64,000 bases of DNA, from assembly GCA_051362555.1 (NCBI GenBank), contig CM120647.1, forward strand, positions 9,238,001 to 9,302,000, given 5' to 3'. The notes beneath the pieces were generated by a model. That model had not been told where the DNA came from. It was given only the letters and a program-made list of their open reading frames with translations, and searched no databases. The position numbers were made by a program, and so were the translations under genes. Below, piece by piece: positions 59,001-64,000 of the stretch. The stretch's first letter is position 1; the number at the start of each line of letters is the position of its first letter. Source of the stretch: Lingula anatina (taxonomy: Eukaryota; Animalia; Brachiopoda).

Positions 59001-62000
59001 AAGTCAAACAAACTCCATTGAACCTAGACCTGTATGATTATAGTATTTCTATTGTTGGTGATGTAATAAAAGGGGATATGTTAGCTTTTCCCAAGGGGTG
59101 GCTATTATTCCTGTCCATGTAGAGGGTATTGCTTGGTTAGTCAAGAGTGACCAGTGGTAGTTCAAGGGCAGTCTTTGGGTTAAGGTTGCTAATGTTAAAG
59201 GTGAGTTTGGAAGGTATGTGTGTGTGTAGGTTGAAATTTGATGTTCCTCACATAGGGCATGTCAGGTAAATTAACCTGAAACTTCACTAGTCCAGGCTCA
59301 TTGGAGAGGTATTTTGTTGGAGAGGGATTTGGGGGAGAAAGGGGGAGGGGTTAAAAAGAATTGCTCTTTTGACCAGACATTTAAAGGTCCACTCTGCAAC
59401 AAAAGTTGATCTGGGAAGGAGGTAAAAAGGTCAATTTTTCAGAAGAAGAAGAAGCCCTGCTAGTCTGTAAATTATGTTCTTTGGAAAGCTCCAAAATCTC
59501 AAGTTTACTCTAGAAGCTACAGTAGCACTTGTAGCTCATTCCATTCAAGATACCATAAGCTAGTCCAGAATTTTGTCCTGAAAATCGATGAAAAAATTCA
59601 TATCACAAGTACAAATTATAGTAAGATCTAGGATATATTTTTGGCCCAAAATAGGAATGAGGGAGAGAATTTGGCATAAGTTCATGAATGTTGTGTGTGT
59701 GATGATGAATTAGATGTCAAGTTAAGGGAGGTAATTGGTGGTAGTTTTCTAGCCCTGGGCTCTCTGATACAAAAGCAAAAATAAAGGGTAATTACTTTGT
59801 GAAGTTGAACAAAAGTTACAAAACTGATGATGTGTTTTTATGAAAACGGAATTTTGTTAGTAATAATTGAAAAAAAAATTATGAGAAAGTTAAAAAAAAG
59901 TGATTCAGTAAGTGTCTAAAAAGCACCTTCAGTAATTATCACAAGAAGATAATACAACAAAATAAATGTCTGAAATTCGAAAGTCTGAAATTCCTGAGCA
60001 CTTACCATACACATACCCATCACTGTGTATGGTGATATAAAAGTCGTCACACACTGGGCATCTAATTGTTCCCTGTCCTGTGGCAAGGTTTGACTGGAGT
60101 GAGGGAATATAAATGACCAGTAGATGACCACTGAGGGCCTATAAATGACCACTAGATGACCACAGGTGTGGACCAGTGGATCTCTACAGTAGGTTGTGTT
60201 ATTGAAGGGGTAAGGGATAAACATGGTACAGCATTTTTGGTTAGGGATATATGGATCTGTGTATTGTGCCTTTGCCCTTGTGTAATTTATATATAAATAT
60301 CATATGGATAATCTTGATGATTTTGGGAATGGCAGTTGTAAAAGTAGGAACCTGGATTAGGAGAGAATACAGAGAGAAAGGGTTTCGTGATATTCTGTTT
60401 TAGAATAGAAATCTTCCAACTTAATAACATAATAAATCTACATGTCCACAGCAATGGAGTGCTGTAACTGTTGTCATTATGGACTGAATAATGTCAAAAT
60501 GTTGAGTCACTGCATGGTCTTTACAAAAAATTTAAATGACAACAAACAAGTAATAAAGAAGCTTTCAGGGCTCCATATCTCGAAAGGTTTGCTATGTTGC
60601 GCACGTGCACAAGTGTCTTGATTCCATAACCCATTCTATTTCGAGATACGGGGCCATGGAATCGAGACGCTTGCGCCTGTGCGCAACATAGCGAGCCTTT
60701 CGAGATACTGAGCCCAGGTCTTGGTAGAGGGGGCCAGTTAATAACTTGTCTCTAATATGGAATATAAAATAAAAAATTGTTGACAAAGTTTTTTAAGTTC
60801 CAGTTGATTGTTAACCACCACAAAATGCCCCAATAAAATGTCAGTTCCATATGTATTTATACGAAGAGAGATGCCAGGAGTCAATTAAAAACCTGTAACA
60901 CAATCAAAGAGGCCTGTGTCCAATGTCAGAGTGACCTCTTCTTGACCTCTGTAAAGTGGACACATTTAAACTAAGACACCTGATGGGATGAGAGATTGGT
61001 CTGTCTGTTGGTCAGTTTGTCACAATCTGGTGACAATCTTGTTTAATGGACTCAGTGGTCAGATTTGGTCGCATTCACACAGGGATTAACTTAGTCCTGA
61101 AGTAGACTAATTGGTGATGTCTGAAGAATGAAGGCTTAACATTTGATTAGTAGTCTGAGATGTGTTGAACAGTATTTCGATATATATTTTACATTGTCAC
61201 CAGATACCTTGACTCTGATATATATGATGTACAAGTTGCAATAAACTTTAAATATGTAAGTTGCAATAAGTATTATGTAAATTGGTCAAAACTGGTTATG
61301 TCAGTTAGTCTACTTCTGGTCTGTGTTGGTCCTGGTGTGAGTGCGACCACATCTTTTTACAATGCTGCTGAAAAGGTTATGAATCACCTGTTCTTGATTG
61401 TGTTTTAAGATAAAAAGTGAACAGTTTTTGTTCCAGTGTCTATAGAGTTCTACTTAACTAATCTGTCAGTTAATCAGTTAAATTAGTTGATCGGTCAACT
61501 TCTTTCTCAACTTTTTTTCAGCCACACAGTCAAACAGCCCAGCGAAGAAGCTCTGCAAACCTCCAGTTCCAATTAGCAACGCCACCAAGAAGAGTTTTCA
61601 GCACGACAGCGTGCACAGCGCGTTCTCCAGTAGTAACCCTGATCTGCGCAATGCTGGGGGTGTCAGGTGAGAATTTTATGTAACTCTCTGTTCCAGATAG
61701 AAAGGTTCAATAATCAGTTTTGAATTGGGAGAAAGATCTATTGTAATAACAATATTTATTTATTTATTTATTTTATAACAGCTAAAAATTAGATGGTACA
61801 TTTGTAAAGTGAGAAATTACAATTCAAAGAAAAACTAAAAGATCATACTAATTGTAGACATGAAATTTTTAAGCAAAAATTTTTACATGCCAGTATGAAC
61901 AAAGTAATAGCTTATTTTCTGATTACATTTGAGTAATGGTGAAATGTAATGGTGCAGTGGTCAGTGTGTATTGTTCCTCTTCATTCCAGTGTTCTCCCAG

Positions 62001-64000
62001 CCAGACAACCACTGCTGAACAAGAGGGTTCAACAACATAAAAATAGTACAACACAGGATGGTCAAGGTATAGGGATGATATTTTTTTTTTTTTAATTATT
62101 ATTATTATTATCATTTGATTGAAGAACAAAATTAGATTTTAATTTGCCTCCCCTTCTTTCTCTCTCTCTTGTTGTTTCTCTCTCTTTCTCTTGTTTAATG
62201 ACTGTAAATATATTCATTTACATTTTATTCATCAATTTTGCATAATGTTCATTTTTACTAAGTTCTTGCCATGGGTACTATTGAAAAACTAAGCAGAACT
62301 GAGTTAAAACGACTCTCATTTAAATTTGACTTTGATGTGTTGGTTTAATTGCCTTTAAACCTTTAATGACTTAGTACAAGAATGCAATAAATGCTGTATT
62401 TCAGATGATGTAACGAGGAAATCTAACTCTCTGAACTCGGCAGAGGAGAGAGACCTGATCACTCAGTCAGTTCTGGCCTGGCAGGAGAGGAATCAAGCTG
62501 AGATGCAAAGGTATGGAGACCTAAATGCTTAAAAACTAGTTGACATCAAGTGGTATTCTAAACTGGTACAGTATGTGCGGATACTCTTATACGGTTCTAA
62601 CATGTAAATATGCTACATGGTTTACAGCCTTTCACATGTTATCCACAGGTTTGATGTGCGGACTACGTTTGGTGGGTGGATGTGGGGGTGGGGTGGAGAG
62701 CTATCAACTTATAGCCAGTCTTTTGTGTTGCCAATAAATGAACAGATACAGACAGTATCAGTTAAGCATACCAATGTAAAAAGGAAATAATATAATGTCC
62801 AAGCAGTTTTTGTAGGATTGATGAAACCCTTATCCAAGTGTCATAAAAAGCAACAAAGATGTAATCAGTTTCTATAGATATTGAAATTGATTGACTTTGA
62901 CCTGGTATTTCCAGGCTGGGTCATTCCACCAAGGACAGCCAGGGCAGTTCTCTACTGGCCAATGTCAGCATCGACACAGACATCAGCGCCAGTTTTGACC
63001 AGTCACGAGATCTGGAGGATAAACCACCCAATATAGGTAAGTCTTCCACAAAATTAGTTCACCCAATATAGGTAAGAAAGGAGTTGTTAAAGTCAGTGTT
63101 TTGGTTATGATCTGGATAATATATCACCTTATATAACTAAAAGACTCCTGTAATAGAAATTATTTTAAAAAATATATTCATTTGGAAGCATGTTGGTACA
63201 AATATCATTTGCGTTGTTGATCAGTTATGAGATACTGTTATCTGTACAAAATAAACCAGCCAATACAGATAAGATTTGTAGTCATGTCATATATTTATAA
63301 TCTATTTTGAATTATGAAAATATTAACATTTCATATTAAACACCCATCTTTAACTCAAGTTTTCAATGAAAAATATTAAAGTGGGAAGATCTTAGCATCA
63401 TGTTATCAGTGAGTAATGCATGTCATGTTTTTGGTTTCAGGTTATGTCAAGCCACGTGATGCTGTCTTTGTTCCACCGGAACATCCCCATTCCCAACACC
63501 ATGGCAACGCCAACGACATGGAGGTACAAAGTGTGTCATCCTCGCGACAGAATTCAGCTCGTAGCTCTTCCTCCAGAACACAAGAGCCTCTTGTACCAGC
63601 GCGGCTTAAGTTGTCAAAGGAGACGACCGCCAATGGCTTGAGTAAGGATATAGAAAGTGGGGAAGCTTTAGATAGACATGACGGCGGCTTCGGCAACACA
63701 CATCTAGCCAGAGCTGTACCTGGATTCGATAGTGATATGACTGATTCTGAGGATGAGGAATTTGTCACCCCTGATGACAACGATGGCCCTCCTATTGAAG
63801 AACCTGGCAACCAGTCAGATTTGGCAAAGTACTTCGAGGATTTTACAGAACCATCTTCATCCTCTGTCAAAAAGACACCTCGCCTGTTGTCATCCACGCC
63901 GCTGAAGCGTGGGCCAGTAGGAGAGAGCTATACTGTTATACCTAGCTCTGCAGAAATGGCGAGGTCCTCTGGGATACCTGTTTTAGATAGCTCCTTTCAT
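45522..64000 (+). CDS. CAMSAP1: CAMSAP/Patronin family microtubule minus-end-binding protein, 3'-partial
   Basis: Exons 45522-45599, 54187-54282, 54614-54719, 54901-55010, 56106-56191, 56523-56682, 57111-57252, 58008-58259, 61522-61666, 61990-62066, 62405-62510, 62915-63036, 63441->64000, with consistent phases. Motifs: AKLRVSILWVLEKAY, GHWDVIQALSKRGIYV, AHLAMMDALM, ELPYDLEDALLFWINKV, DVSDGCCIAVLVSFYSP, MGIADSIYNL (CAMSAP CH domain), PISNATKKSF, EPLVPARLK. The symbol denotes the family. Confidence 0.92.
49181..49394 (-). mobile_element. MITE family F, copy 2
   Basis: Reverse-complement match to 23277-23488. Confidence 0.75.
51539..51710. mobile_element. MITE with CAGGGATGAG TIR (related ends at ~17740-17778, ~22425-22558, ~36265)
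   Basis: CAGGGATGAG...AATGGCAGTCTCATCCCTG. Confidence 0.6.
53217..53308 (+). repeat. (ATAAT)n pentanucleotide microsatellite
   Basis: Perfect run of about 18 units. Confidence 0.95.
53830..54011. mobile_element. MITE with CTGGGGTAGC TIR (partial copy at ~43914-44000)
   Basis: CTGGGGTAGCGCT...AGAGCTACCCCAG. The left end is shared with the copy in the last RPLP0 intron. Confidence 0.6.
57192..57330 (+). repeat. 67-bp tandem duplication spanning CAMSAP exon end plus donor
   Basis: GATGGCTGCTGC...CCTATAGAAG|GTAAGT occurs at 57192 and 57259 as identical copies. Confidence 0.95.
59060..59290 (-). mobile_element. Possible highly degraded LINE reverse-transcriptase fragment
   Basis: The minus strand reads ...QAIPSTWTGIIATPWEK, resembling the LINE RT IPxxWKxAxIxPIxK motif. 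It is frameshifted, so support is weak. Confidence 0.25.
60568..60715. mobile_element. Palindromic foldback element with ~52-bp arms
   Basis: TATCTCGAAAGG...GATTCCAT / ATGGAATC...CCTTTCGAGATA. Confidence 0.65.
61066..61349. mobile_element. TIR element (TGGTCGCA...TGCGACCA)
   Basis: Imperfect ~45-bp inverted ends including GAAGTAGACTAA/TTAGTCTACTTC. Confidence 0.5.

Noticed and set aside
63442-63897. 151-aa minus-strand ORF (and antisense ORFs over NCOA exons at 10170-10700, 13104-13522, 15655-16677)
   Set aside because: These are antisense shadows of real + strand coding exons.

Overview
AT-rich, intron-containing animal genomic DNA. An invertebrate origin, plausibly mollusc/lophotrochozoan, is my inference from the microsatellite and MITE landscape. 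I assembled four spliced protein-coding genes by hand using GT-AG junctions with consistent phases. (1) A 5'-truncated p160/SRC nuclear receptor coactivator (NCOA1/2/3/taiman-like; +, <1-33122, 23 exons in view). (2) TMEM18 (-, 40003-37036). (3) RPLP0 (+, 40770-44220), head-to-head with TMEM18. (4) A 3'-truncated CAMSAP/Patronin (+, 45522->64000). Introns carry many short TIR elements (MITEs) and microsatellites. Most notable: five independent tandem duplications that each copy an exon 3' end plus its 5' splice donor (none seen at acceptors); a candidate internal first exon (MDYYTIP) that would give a ~582-aa C-terminal-only NCOA isoform; an orphan acidic ORF inside a TMEM18 intron; and a putatively deeply conserved RPLP0 5'UTR element. 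All coordinates were read by eye.
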